Source: Bacteroidota bacterium (GTDB lineage: Bacteria; Bacteroidota; Bacteroidia; Flavobacteriales_D; Sanyastnellaceae). Taken from it: 64,000 bases of DNA. The stretch's first letter is position 1. Each line of letters starts with the position of its first letter. The DNA lies in the NCBI GenBank assembly GCA_027621555.1, contig JAQCBJ010000002.1:30796-94795 (forward strand), written 5' to 3'. Shown one piece after another: positions 24,548-32,851 of this stretch. The notes beneath the pieces were generated by a model. The model saw only the letters and a list, made by a program, of their open reading frames with translations. It searched no databases and had not been told where the DNA came from. Position numbers and translations under genes: made by a program.

Positions 24548-25765
24548 ATGAATGCGTATTTGGTTGATGGCGTGAGAACGCCCATCGGATCGTTCGGCGG
24601 CACGCTCGCTCCGGTCCGAACCGACGACTTGGCGGCCCACGCCTTGCAGAGCTTGATTCAACGCCACGCGAGCCTCGATCCGATGAGCATCGGGGACGTG
24701 CTTATGGGGTGCGCCAACCAAGCTGGAGAGGACAACCGCAACGTGGCGCGCATGGCGATCCTGTTGGCAGGATTGCCACAAGAAGTCCCGGCCGAGACGA
24801 TCAACCGGTTGTGCGCCTCAGGCTTGGCGGCCTCCGTTCATGCCGCGCGGATGCTTCACCTGTCCGACGCCAATGTGGTGGTCGCAGGCGGAGTGGAGCA
24901 CATGACGCGAGGACCGTGGGTGCTCAGCAAGGCTTCGAAGCCGTTTGGTCGGGACATGGAGCTGCATGACACGAGTTTTGGGTGGCGCTTCATCAACCCC
25001 AAGCTTGACGCTCTTTACGGCACGGAGGGCATGGGTCAAACCGCCGAAAACCTCGTCGACCTGCACGGCATCAGCCGAGAGGATCAGGACGCTTTCGCGC
25101 ACCGAAGCCAAATCAAGGCCGCAGCCGCGCAATCCGAGGGTCGCCTCGCGGAGGAAATCGTTCCCGTGGACATTCCACGTCGCAAGCAAGAACCGCTCCG
25201 TTTCGACGCGGACGAGTTCATCAAGCCTACGACGACCCCTGAGATTTTGGCCAAATTGCGCCCTGCATTCCGTAAGGAAGGAGGCAGCGTGACGGCGGGA
25301 AATGCCAGCGGCCTCAACGACGGAGCCGCGGCCTTGCTGTTGGCCAACGAAACGGGCTTGAAGGAACAGGGCCTCGAGCCCATGGTGGAAATCGTGTCTT
25401 CGGCCGTCGTGGGAGTCCCGCCTCGCATCATGGGCATCGGGCCCGTGGAAGCGTCGAACCGGGCCATGGCCAAGGCCGGCATTTCGTGGGATGACTTGGA
25501 CGTGATCGAATTGAACGAAGCGTTCGCAGCCCAAAGCCTGGCGTGCATCCGCAGCTGGAATTTGGCCGACGATGACATTCGGATCAACCCCAACGGCGGC
25601 GCTATCGCCTTGGGCCACCCCTTGGGAATGACGGGCGCGCGCATTTTGCTCGCTGCCGCGCGTCAACTTCAACGGACAGGTGGCACGTACGGCCTTGTCA
25701 CGCTGTGCATCGGCGTGGGCCAAGGCTACGCAGCGGTCATCAAAAATGCCTCCTCCAACGCGTGA
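24548..25765 (+). CDS. Acetyl-CoA C-acyltransferase (3-oxoadipyl-CoA / 3-ketoacyl-CoA thiolase, PaaJ/PcaF-like)
   Basis: MNAYLVDGVRTPIGSFGG, NRLCASGL (active-site Cys), NEAFAAQ, GGAIALGHPLG, CIGVGQG. Confidence 0.92.
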   Translation: MNAYLVDGVRTPIGSFGGTLAPVRTDDLAAHALQSLIQRHASLDPMSIGDVLMGCANQAGEDNRNVARMAILLAGLPQEVPAETINRLCASGLAASVHAARMLHLSDANVVVAGGVEHMTRGPWVLSKASKPFGRDMELHDTSFGWRFINPKLDALYGTEGMGQTAENLVDLHGISREDQDAFAHRSQIKAAAAQSEGRLAEEIVPVDIPRRKQEPLRFDADEFIKPTTTPEILAKLRPAFRKEGGSVTAGNASGLNDGAAALLLANETGLKEQGLEPMVEIVSSAVVGVPPRIMGIGPVEASNRAMAKAGISWDDLDVIELNEAFAAQSLACIRSWNLADDDIRINPNGGAIALGHPLGMTGARILLAAARQLQRTGGTYGLVTLCIGVGQGYAAVIKNASSNA

Positions 25766-25769
25766 CTTC

Positions 25770-26384
25770 ATGATCTATTCGTTTCGAGGCATGGTTCCGG
25801 TGGTTGACCCTTCGGCCTACGTCCACCCCCAAGCGACGCTCATCGGGCACGTGACCGTGGGCCCCGATTGCTACGTGGGGCCACATGCGGTCCTGCGCGG
25901 GGACTGGGGGAAGATTGTCCTTGAGCGCGGTTGCAACGTGCAAGAAGGCTGTGTGCTTCACATGTTTCCGGGGGTGACGGTGCGACTTGAAGAAGGGGCA
26001 CACATTGGCCACGGCGCCATGGTGCACGGCGCACACGTCGGCAAAAACTGCATGGTGGGCATGAATGCCGTGTTGCTTGACGACGTCAAGCTTGGAGACG
26101 AGAGCATTGTTGGAGCGCTGGCGTTGGTGAAAGCGAAGAGCGTTTGGCCTAAGCGCTCTCTGGTGGTAGGCAATCCGGCCATCCTCAAGGGACAAGTGAG
26201 CGACGCGATGTTGGCTCACAAAACGGAAGGGACGGCCTTGTACCAGGCACTCCCCGGCAATGCGCACCAGCACATGAAGGAGGTGGAGGCCTTGACGGCC
26301 GAGCCGGACAACCGCATCGAGGATTTCCCCACGTTTGAGACGTGGCAGGACAGAAAGGCGGAGACGGACTCTCCAAACACGTGA
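25770..26384 (+). CDS. Gamma-carbonic-anhydrase / PaaY-like left-handed beta-helix (hexapeptide) protein
   Basis: VDPSAYVHPQATLIGHVTVGPDCYVGPHAVLRGD... hexapeptide repeats. It lies 4 nt after the thiolase. Confidence 0.8.
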   Translation: MIYSFRGMVPVVDPSAYVHPQATLIGHVTVGPDCYVGPHAVLRGDWGKIVLERGCNVQEGCVLHMFPGVTVRLEEGAHIGHGAMVHGAHVGKNCMVGMNAVLLDDVKLGDESIVGALALVKAKSVWPKRSLVVGNPAILKGQVSDAMLAHKTEGTALYQALPGNAHQHMKEVEALTAEPDNRIEDFPTFETWQDRKAETDSPNT

Positions 26385-26387
26385 GTT

Positions 26388-27119
26388 GTGGGACGTTCCG
26401 GCCGTCGCATCCAAGAATTCAAGCAGTTCGTTGTGCGCGACGACGCGTGCGGCATGAAGGTGGGGACAGATGCCCTGATCTTGGGGAGCTGGGCTGGTGC
26501 GGCACGTTTTTCAGAAACCCATTCACCCGCTCGAATCTTGGACATCGGCTCGGGGTCAGGCATCCTCGCACTGATGCTGGCCCAGCGTTTCCCTCAAGCG
26601 CGTGTCGACGCCGTTGAATTGGAGCCAGATGCAGCGGCACAAGCCGTCCAAAATGCACTCGAAAGCCCATTCAGCGATCGGATCACGATCCATGAACGGG
26701 CGTTCCAAGGGTGGGAGGGAAGTGCCGATTTGGTCGTGTGCAATCCGCCGTTTTTTCACAACCACCCCAAGAGCACCGACCGCAAGCGAAACTTGGCGCG
26801 CCACGACGACACTTTGCCTTTGACGGCCTTGTTCAGAAGCGTCAAGGGATGCCTGTCAGAAGAGGGGGAATTCGCCTTGGTGTTTCCAGAGGATCGTGCA
26901 GAAGAATTACGGGAAGTCGCCCAAGGACGAGGTTTTCATTGCCTCGCTTGCATTCAGTTGCGTGCAACGCCAGAGCATGAAGTTATCCGAAGCTTGTGGT
27001 CTTGGGGACTTCAGCCTGCCGAGGAACTCAAGCAAGTGTGGGAGGTAGAAGGGGAGACTGGACAAGGCGCGTGGTCCCCCAGGCTCGCAGCGATGCTGGG
27101 CCCGTTTGTTTCCCTTTGA
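26388..27119 (+). CDS. trmN6: tRNA1(Val) (adenine37-N6)-methyltransferase
   Basis: FKQFVVRDDACGMKVGTDALILGSWA, ILDIGSGSGILALMLAQR, VVCNPPFF (NPPF). Confidence 0.8.
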   Translation: MGRSGRRIQEFKQFVVRDDACGMKVGTDALILGSWAGAARFSETHSPARILDIGSGSGILALMLAQRFPQARVDAVELEPDAAAQAVQNALESPFSDRITIHERAFQGWEGSADLVVCNPPFFHNHPKSTDRKRNLARHDDTLPLTALFRSVKGCLSEEGEFALVFPEDRAEELREVAQGRGFHCLACIQLRATPEHEVIRSLWSWGLQPAEELKQVWEVEGETGQGAWSPRLAAMLGPFVSL

Positions 27120-27134
27120 CCTTTACTAAGAAAA

Positions 27135-27527
27135 TCAGCAGCCGAGCACCTGGCGAAGGCGGTCGACTTGGGCATGCCACAAATCTTGGGCATCTTCCAC
27201 CTCATCGTCGTCTGCGAAGTCAGTGATGACCAGTGCGTTTTCTCCGGTCAATTCGTCCACGCGAATGCGGAACTCAAAAAAGGTGTCTTCGCCATCTTCC
27301 TCCGCCTCAAGCCACCGGAACTTCACGAATTCATCCTTTTTCTTGCTGATCATGCGAGCCGATTCCTCGCTGCCATCCCAAAAGAAAATGTGAACGTCTT
27401 TTTTGATGTTGACGTCGTCACAAAACCACTCAGACAAGCCTGAGGGAGTGCTGATGCAGTTGTACAACACGCCCTTGGAACTGTTCAGAGGGATTTCAAG
27501 TTGGAATTTCACTTTCTCAGCAATCAT
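27135..27527 (-). CDS. START-like (SRPBCC) domain protein
   Basis: MIAEKVKFQLEIPLNSSKGVLYNCISTPSGLSEWFCDDVN...FFWDGSEE resembles the Bacteroidota START-like family. Start taken at ATG 27527. Confidence 0.65.
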   Translation of the reverse strand: MIAEKVKFQLEIPLNSSKGVLYNCISTPSGLSEWFCDDVNIKKDVHIFFWDGSEESARMISKKKDEFVKFRWLEAEEDGEDTFFEFRIRVDELTGENALVITDFADDDEVEDAQDLWHAQVDRLRQVLGC

Positions 27528-27665
27528 CTTGATCAATTTTTGCGGCCCCCGTGGCTCGCATTCCTTGCAAATACGAACATCTTGGAACCGAGGAAGGCTC
27601 ACAAGATACGAAAGGAAATGCCGAATTCTGGCGATGTAGTTTCTTTGTTTGAAGCCAAAAGGTGT

Positions 27666-27673
27666 TACCTTCG
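27666..27673 (+). promoter_or_regulatory. -7 box TACCTTCG, 11 nt upstream of the tRNA 5' end, with TTTG (-33-like) at 27644-27647
   Basis: Reads ctTTTGtttgaagccaaaaggtgtTACCTTCGcgctcccaaac|GGCGGGG. Confidence 0.45.
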
Positions 27674-27684
27674 CGCTCCCAAAC

Positions 27685-27758
27685 GGCGGGGTAGCTCAGC
27701 TGGTTAGAGCGCAGGATTCATAATCCTGAGGTCGGGGGTTCGAGCCCCCCCCCCGCTA
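27685..27758 (+). tRNA. tRNA with CAU anticodon (elongator Met type, or Ile2 if lysidine-modified); no encoded CCA
   Basis: Cloverleaf folded by hand: acceptor GGCGGGG/CCCCGCT (G1-U72), D arm GCTC-AGCTGGTTA-GAGC, anticodon arm CAGGA-TTCATAA-TCCTG, T arm GGGGG-TTCGAGC-CCCCC, discriminator A. 74 nt. Confidence 0.9.
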
Positions 27759-27783
27759 CAAGAGTCTTCCGTACAGGATGCAA

Positions 27784-27813
27784 ACGTCAGCCACGGCTGG
27801 CGTTTTGTTTTTT
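27784..27813 (+). terminator. Rho-independent-type terminator after the tRNA
   Basis: ACGTCAGCC-ac-GGCTGGCGT hairpin followed by TTTTGTTTTTT. Confidence 0.6.
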
Positions 27814-27987
27814 ACCTGAATGGGACGTCAGAGCACGTCACCGGGTACGTGGCTCTGTCAATTATGTAACGGTTTGAGAGTTATGTGGTTGCGTGAAAAT
27901 TTTTTATCGGCATCTCGCTTGAATTGGGGTGAAAAGGAGGCAGTTTTGTCGATCAAAACCGAATCGATTCACCAACACCTCACACTC

Positions 27988-30900
27988 ATGAAGTTTTCTT
28001 CGTTCCTCGTTGCGCTGACCGCCTTGGCGTGCTTCCCGGCCTACCAGTCCTTTGGCCAAATTCAAGTTCAATGGCCTGCAGATGTGCTCAATGGCTCCTG
28101 TGAATCGGACATCTCCGATTTCACAGAAGTCCCTGTTGTCATGTTGGATTCGACCTGCACGGCCTACGAGGTGTCTTCAGAGGATGTCTTCCTGGAGGGG
28201 GATTGTGCGCAAGAGACTTGGGTGGATCGAGCGTGGACCGTTGTGGCATGCGACACCACATTGCAGCACACCCAGCTCATTCGTCTTGTGGACGATGTTC
28301 CACCTTTTGTGTCCAACGTGTCCGAGGGGATTGGTCATTACTGTTCTTCAGAACTCGATTGGTTTCCTGCGGTTGGAGACAATTGCGACAACAACTTGCA
28401 AGGACCAATCATGCTGCACGATACAGTGATCCAATGCCAAGGTGTTTTTTCATTTCAAATCACGCTCAATATTCTTGACGATTGCGGAAACGAACTTGAC
28501 ACCACGTACACGGTGTTTCTCCATGATCCAGAGCCTCCAGTCTTTTCACAGATTCCCAATGATGCCGTCGTTGAGTGTGGAACTTCTGCAAACCTTGAAG
28601 CTCCTTCTTTCGAGGACTGCGGCGGGTTGATCTACGAATTGACGGAGTCAAGCACGTTTCCATTTTGCAGCGGAAGTCGATTGACGCGGACGTTCACCTT
28701 GACGGATGCCTGCGATGCGACCACCACGGCCAACCAAGTGATTGAGTTCATCGACACCACCGACCCTGTCATCGAGATGCCGGCCGACGCGGTGGTTTCG
28801 TGCACCGAGGACTGGGTGTTGGAGCCGGTCGTGGTGACAGATGCTTGTGCCGAAGTCACCGTTGTGGAAACCCTTGACACGTTGGACGTGGAGTGTGGGC
28901 TTCAACTCGTTCGGCATGTGTTGGCTCACGATGAGTGCGGCAACGTAGCGGAAGCCACCCAAATCTTGACCCAACTCGACGAAGTCGCTCCGGTGTTCAC
29001 CTTCGTGCCTGCGGATGTGACCCTCGACTGTGCAGCCCAATCGCCAGACATTGAAATGGCCCAGGCGGAGGACAACTGCGGCATGGCCGTGGTGACGGTT
29101 GAGGAGTCTGTGGAACCAGGAGGTTGTCCCGCCGAATACGTTTTGGTTCGAACGTTCATGGCCACGGACGATTGTGGCAACGTGTCTGAGGCTGAGCAGC
29201 GGATCTCGTTTGCAGACTCCACGCCACCCACGGTGGCATTGACCACCTCCGCACAAGGGGACACGTTGATGGTCGCTTGCGGTGAGTCGATTCCTTCACC
29301 TGAACTGATTGTGAGCGACGATTGCAGCACGTGGACCACTGCCTCCACGTTTTCGGCGCAACCGGGTTCATGCAACGGGGAGAACACCCAAACCGTGACG
29401 TACACGGTGACTGACGCGTGCGGAAACGCAGCTTCTGTATCCCGACTTTTGATCGTGACGGACGCCGATGCCCCGGAAGTCGTTTCCGCACCTCAAAATG
29501 TCGTGGTGTCGTGCAGCGACGCTTTCCCGGAGGATGCACCTGTTTTCAACGAAGTGTGCAGCACGGCGAGCGTCGTGTTTGACCAAACGGAAACGGCAGG
29601 ATCATGTCCCGGTGAATCCACGTGGCTCCAATCGTGGACGGCCACGGACGCCTGCGGCAACTCGGCTTCAGTCCTACGCGAAGTCACGGTGGTGGACACC
29701 ACTTCGCCGGTGGTCCTGTCCGACTTGAACGATGTGGTCCTCGAATACGTTTCGGGCCAGCCCTCAGGGAGCGCAGCGTTGCCGGCGGCCAATTTGGATG
29801 TGGGAGACGACTGCGACGATTCCCCAAGTTGGTCTTCGGAAGACGTGTTGAGTGCCCAAACTTCGGCCACCGAAGTGTGGGTTCGCCACTACCAAGCTCA
29901 AGACGGTTGCGGCAACGTGACCTCAGCGAGCCAGCAATTCACGGTGTACGTTCGCGTCGAAGGATGCATGGACCCCTACGCGAGCAACTACAACCCAGAG
30001 GCCAACGAGGAGGACGGAACGTGCATGTATTGTTCGGCTGTGAATGTGCCCAACAGCACCGCACCCGACCCCATTGTCATTGGCACGGGCATTTCGAACG
30101 AGCACATGCACGTGTCCGCGGACACGTGCAATGGCCTGAGTTTGTCCTTGGGCGCGTTGGAGCGTTACGTCGGATCGATTGTCCCTGAATCAAATGACCT
30201 CACGCGCTACCGCATCGAAACAGGATACTCGGAGGCTCCCGAGGGTGCCGCTGAGGGTGCGAAGTGGAATTACTTGCTTAGCATCAACCTTGGAGAAGGC
30301 ACCTTCCAAGAGGTGGACGTGAAGTTTGGCATCGATTTCGACCCGGCCGAGGAAATCGATTTGTCCGACCCGAGCACTGCGTTTGCGGTGTACGGATCCC
30401 TCGCTGAAGCGCTCGCTCTGATTGATTTCCAGGAAGGGACGACCTTAGCGCAAGGAGGATTCTTCCAAGACACCCAAAACCTCGCGTTTGGCTTCTGGGC
30501 AGAATTGTCGGGATTGTCGGGGTTGACATTTGATCCCAACGCCAATGGTGTGTACCACCTTGGTGTGTACGCCGTGTCGCCTGGAGGTGGGGTGTTGGCG
30601 TCTTCGGTGATTTCCATCGAGGCTTACACGCCAGGTTGCGTCGACACGACGGCGTGCAATTTCAACCCATCGGCCAATGAGGAGGATGGTTCCTGCTTGT
30701 ACACGGACGAGTGCGGAGAATGTGGTGGCTCCGCGTATGCGGCCTGCACGGACGAAGGTGCCTGCAACTTTGATCCGCTGGCGGGCTGCGACGACGGTTC
30801 CTGCCAGTACAACGACGTTTGCGGAAATTGTGGCGGTTCTGCATATGCAGCTTGCACGGACAATGCAGCTTGCAATTTCGACCCCTATGCAGGTTGCGAC

Positions 30901-32442
30901 GACGGGTCATGCCTGTATCTCGATGCATGTGGGAACTGCGGAGGGGCGGCGTATGCGGGATGCACGGATCCCGCGGCGTGCAATTTCGACGCGGACGCAG
31001 GATGTGACGATGGCTCGTGCATTCCAGTGTCAACCTTTTACGATTGCGCAGGGAACTGCAGTGTGGACGTCGACGAAGACGGGATTTGCGATGACGTGGA
31101 CGATTGCGTTGGCGCCTACGACCAATGCGGTGTGTGCAACGGCGACGGCACCCTCTGCGAGGGGTGCACAGATCCTGTGGCGTGCAACTACGAAATCCTT
31201 GAATCAGGAATGTGGGAGACCAATTTTGGGTTGTCCAACAATCCGGAGGTCAAAACGTTGGTGGTCCAAGGAGAGAATGGGGAGTACCAATTTGAAGGAA
31301 CCTTGCTGGATTTCTCCATCGTGCAATTGGAGGGCAATGCGGTGGAATTGAGCATGTCTTTTGCGGGTGTCATGACCGTCGGAGATCTGGAAGTGGACGC
31401 GTTGGTGTCTGCGCCGATCCTGTTGCCGAATGGGTTGGCTGATTTGCCGGAGTCCGCTGATTTTGTCGTGACGGCAGGAGATGCCCAATGGACGTTGACG
31501 GCGACAGTTTCCGGGGACATGGGTATGGGACTGTCAGGAGGTGTGTCGGCGTTTTCGTTGGCCGCCTTGGACGACGGCTCCTGTTTGTACGACGATGCGC
31601 TCAACGTGTGCGGAGGTTCTTGCGAAGCCGACGTGGATGAGGACGGCGTCTGCGACGACGTGGACCCATGCGTGGGAAGCTATGACAATTGCGGGGTGTG
31701 CAACGGCGACAATTCCCTTTGCACAGGATGCACCGACAGTGCGGCGTGCAACTACGAGACCGTCTCCGAGGCAAACTGGCACACCAATTTTGGGCTGGCA
31801 AGTACGCCAGAACCAGCGTTGTTGTTTGTCAATGGCACCTCCGGGGACTATTCTTTCGAAGGAGAGTTGACCAACCTTGATGCTGTACAAGGCAACGGGG
31901 ACACCTTGGCGGTCACCTTGGCCTTCGACGGGGTGCTTGTGGCGAATGGCGGTACGGTGAGTGCCACAGTCGATGCCACCTTGGTGCTGGCCAACGGCCT
32001 CGGAAGCCTTCCTGAAACGGCCACCTTCAACCTTTCGGCCGGTGGTGCTTCGTGGTTGGTGACGGCCGTGTTGGGTGAGTTTGGTGACGACGCTTTGTCG
32101 GGGACCGTTGACGGGTTTGGGTTGGCCTACTTGGATGACGACTCGTGCATCTACCCAGACATGTACATGAATTGCGAGGGCGAATTTGTTCCTTCAAGCG
32201 TGTGCGGCGAGGGAACAGAATTTGACCCTGCTACGGGAACTTGCATCCCAACTGGAGGCTGCCAGCCTTCTGAAGAAGCATGTGGGCCCAACACGGTTTG
32301 GAACGAAGAGCTTGGGGTTTGCCTTCCTGAAGTGTTGAGTGCGGCTTGCTACTTTGACACGGATGCGAATGGAAGTGTAGGCACAGGAGACTTGCTCAAT
32401 TTGCTAAGTGCCTTTGGTCAGGTGTGTTCCTCCGAGGAATGA
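27988..32442 (+). CDS. 1484-aa secreted modular Cys-rich surface protein: signal peptide, 8 HYR-like DxCGN modules, ACN(F/Y)..DDGSC mini-modules, duplicated ~187-aa module, dockerin-like tail
   Basis: Signal peptide [24 protein letters not shown]. The repeat architecture was read from the translation. There is no T9SS CTD. Start taken at ATG 27988, not the track start 27820. Confidence 0.8.
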   Translation: MKFSSFLVALTALACFPAYQSFGQIQVQWPADVLNGSCESDISDFTEVPVVMLDSTCTAYEVSSEDVFLEGDCAQETWVDRAWTVVACDTTLQHTQLIRLVDDVPPFVSNVSEGIGHYCSSELDWFPAVGDNCDNNLQGPIMLHDTVIQCQGVFSFQITLNILDDCGNELDTTYTVFLHDPEPPVFSQIPNDAVVECGTSANLEAPSFEDCGGLIYELTESSTFPFCSGSRLTRTFTLTDACDATTTANQVIEFIDTTDPVIEMPADAVVSCTEDWVLEPVVVTDACAEVTVVETLDTLDVECGLQLVRHVLAHDECGNVAEATQILTQLDEVAPVFTFVPADVTLDCAAQSPDIEMAQAEDNCGMAVVTVEESVEPGGCPAEYVLVRTFMATDDCGNVSEAEQRISFADSTPPTVALTTSAQGDTLMVACGESIPSPELIVSDDCSTWTTASTFSAQPGSCNGENTQTVTYTVTDACGNAASVSRLLIVTDADAPEVVSAPQNVVVSCSDAFPEDAPVFNEVCSTASVVFDQTETAGSCPGESTWLQSWTATDACGNSASVLREVTVVDTTSPVVLSDLNDVVLEYVSGQPSGSAALPAANLDVGDDCDDSPSWSSEDVLSAQTSATEVWVRHYQAQDGCGNVTSASQQFTVYVRVEGCMDPYASNYNPEANEEDGTCMYCSAVNVPNSTAPDPIVIGTGISNEHMHVSADTCNGLSLSLGALERYVGSIVPESNDLTRYRIETGYSEAPEGAAEGAKWNYLLSINLGEGTFQEVDVKFGIDFDPAEEIDLSDPSTAFAVYGSLAEALALIDFQEGTTLAQGGFFQDTQNLAFGFWAELSGLSGLTFDPNANGVYHLGVYAVSPGGGVLASSVISIEAYTPGCVDTTACNFNPSANEEDGSCLYTDECGECGGSAYAACTDEGACNFDPLAGCDDGSCQYNDVCGNCGGSAYAACTDNAACNFDPYAGCDDGSCLYLDACGNCGGAAYAGCTDPAACNFDADAGCDDGSCIPVSTFYDCAGNCSVDVDEDGICDDVDDCVGAYDQCGVCNGDGTLCEGCTDPVACNYEILESGMWETNFGLSNNPEVKTLVVQGENGEYQFEGTLLDFSIVQLEGNAVELSMSFAGVMTVGDLEVDALVSAPILLPNGLADLPESADFVVTAGDAQWTLTATVSGDMGMGLSGGVSAFSLAALDDGSCLYDDALNVCGGSCEADVDEDGVCDDVDPCVGSYDNCGVCNGDNSLCTGCTDSAACNYETVSEANWHTNFGLASTPEPALLFVNGTSGDYSFEGELTNLDAVQGNGDTLAVTLAFDGVLVANGGTVSATVDATLVLANGLGSLPETATFNLSAGGASWLVTAVLGEFGDDALSGTVDGFGLAYLDDDSCIYPDMYMNCEGEFVPSSVCGEGTEFDPATGTCIPTGGCQPSEEACGPNTVWNEELGVCLPEVLSAACYFDTDANGSVGTGDLLNLLSAFGQVCSSEE
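28060..29960 (+). repeat. Eight ~80-aa HYR-like Ig modules, each ending (T/A)D(A/D/E/G)CGN...Q.(I/F).(V/F).D...P
   Basis: [76 protein letters not shown], plus a degenerate first copy (VVACDTT). Confidence 0.65.
30637..31020 (+). repeat. Four tandem 108-nt (36-aa) coding repeats C(T/V)D..ACNF(D/N)[19 protein letters not shown]
   Basis: Copies start at 30637, 30745, 30853 and 30961. They are protein-conserved but differ at many synonymous sites. Confidence 0.85.
31037..32160 (+). repeat. Tandem duplication of a ~187-aa module (31037-31596 and 31597-32160)
   Basis: Both copies read ...C.G.C..DVDEDG(I/V)CDDVD.CVG.YD.CGVCNGD..LC.GCTD..ACNYE...W.TNFGL...F(E)G.L...LPNGL..LPE.A.F...AG.A.W....DD.SC.Y.D. 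Confidence 0.8.
32347..32439 (+). other. C-terminal dockerin-like motif [31 protein letters not shown]
   Basis: Read from the last 31 aa of the 1484-aa protein. Confidence 0.55.
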
Positions 32443-32463
32443 CCGAATAGCCTTTTCCACAAC

Positions 32464-32497
32464 AAAAAAGCCCCGGCCATTGGCCGGGGCTTTGTGT
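32464..32497. terminator. Bidirectional rho-independent terminator between convergent genes
   Basis: AAAAAAGCCCCGGCC-att-GGCCGGGGCTTTGTGTGTT. The A-run and T-run flanks serve both strands. Confidence 0.75.
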
Positions 32498-32515
32498 GTT
32501 CAAAGGTGGGGAGAA

Positions 32516-32767
32516 TCAGCCGCGGTCGCGCGGTTGGCTCTCGTTGCAACGGATGGGGCGACCCATCAGATCTTTTCCTTCCATGCCGTCCAAAGCTGCT
32601 TGAGCCTCTTCCTGGTTGGGCATTTCAATAAAACCAAAACCACGTGACCGTCCGGTCTCGCGATCGTGGATGACTCGTGCACTGTCTACGGCGCCGTACG
32701 CCTCAAATGCTTCACGCAAGGCCATGTCGTCCACGCCCCATGCAAGGTTTCCTACAAAAATATTCAC
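32516..32767 (-). CDS. RRM-type RNA-binding protein
   Basis: NIFVGNLAWGV (RNP2) and RGFGFIEM (RNP1). Start taken at GTG 32767 (MNIFVGNL); the track start is TTG 32776. Confidence 0.85.
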   Translation of the reverse strand: MNIFVGNLAWGVDDMALREAFEAYGAVDSARVIHDRETGRSRGFGFIEMPNQEEAQAALDGMEGKDLMGRPIRCNESQPRDRG

Positions 32768-32791
32768 GTCAATCAATTAAAGAATGTGCGG

Positions 32792-32799
32792 CGAAGGTA
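32792..32799 (-). promoter_or_regulatory. -7 box TACCTTCG, 24 nt upstream of the RRM gene start
   Basis: The minus strand reads cacctTACCTTCGccgcacattctttaattgattgacGTG. Confidence 0.45.
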
Positions 32800-32851
32800 G
32801 GTGTCACGCGCGCACTTCCGACACGCGACGTCAACAAATCCCAGAGCGGGC

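Noticed and set aside
27685-27758. Initiator tRNA-fMet identity for the CAU tRNA.
   Set aside because: It lacks the bacterial initiator hallmarks. Positions 1-72 are paired (G-U) rather than a C-A mismatch, and the anticodon stem is CAGGA/TCCTG rather than three consecutive G-C pairs next to the loop.
30637-31020. A regularly spaced 108-nt repeat array that could be mistaken for a CRISPR-like or other non-coding tandem array.
   Set aside because: The repeats are in frame inside a long ORF, encode a conserved Cys-rich module, have no unique spacers and are too long and too divergent for CRISPR repeats. No cas genes are present.
27685-32442. A genomic island integrated at the tRNA(CAU) gene.
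   Set aside because: There is no integrase, recombinase or transposase gene, and I could not find a direct repeat of the tRNA 3' end downstream by eye. Only a single large gene follows. The GC dip is modest and was not computed.
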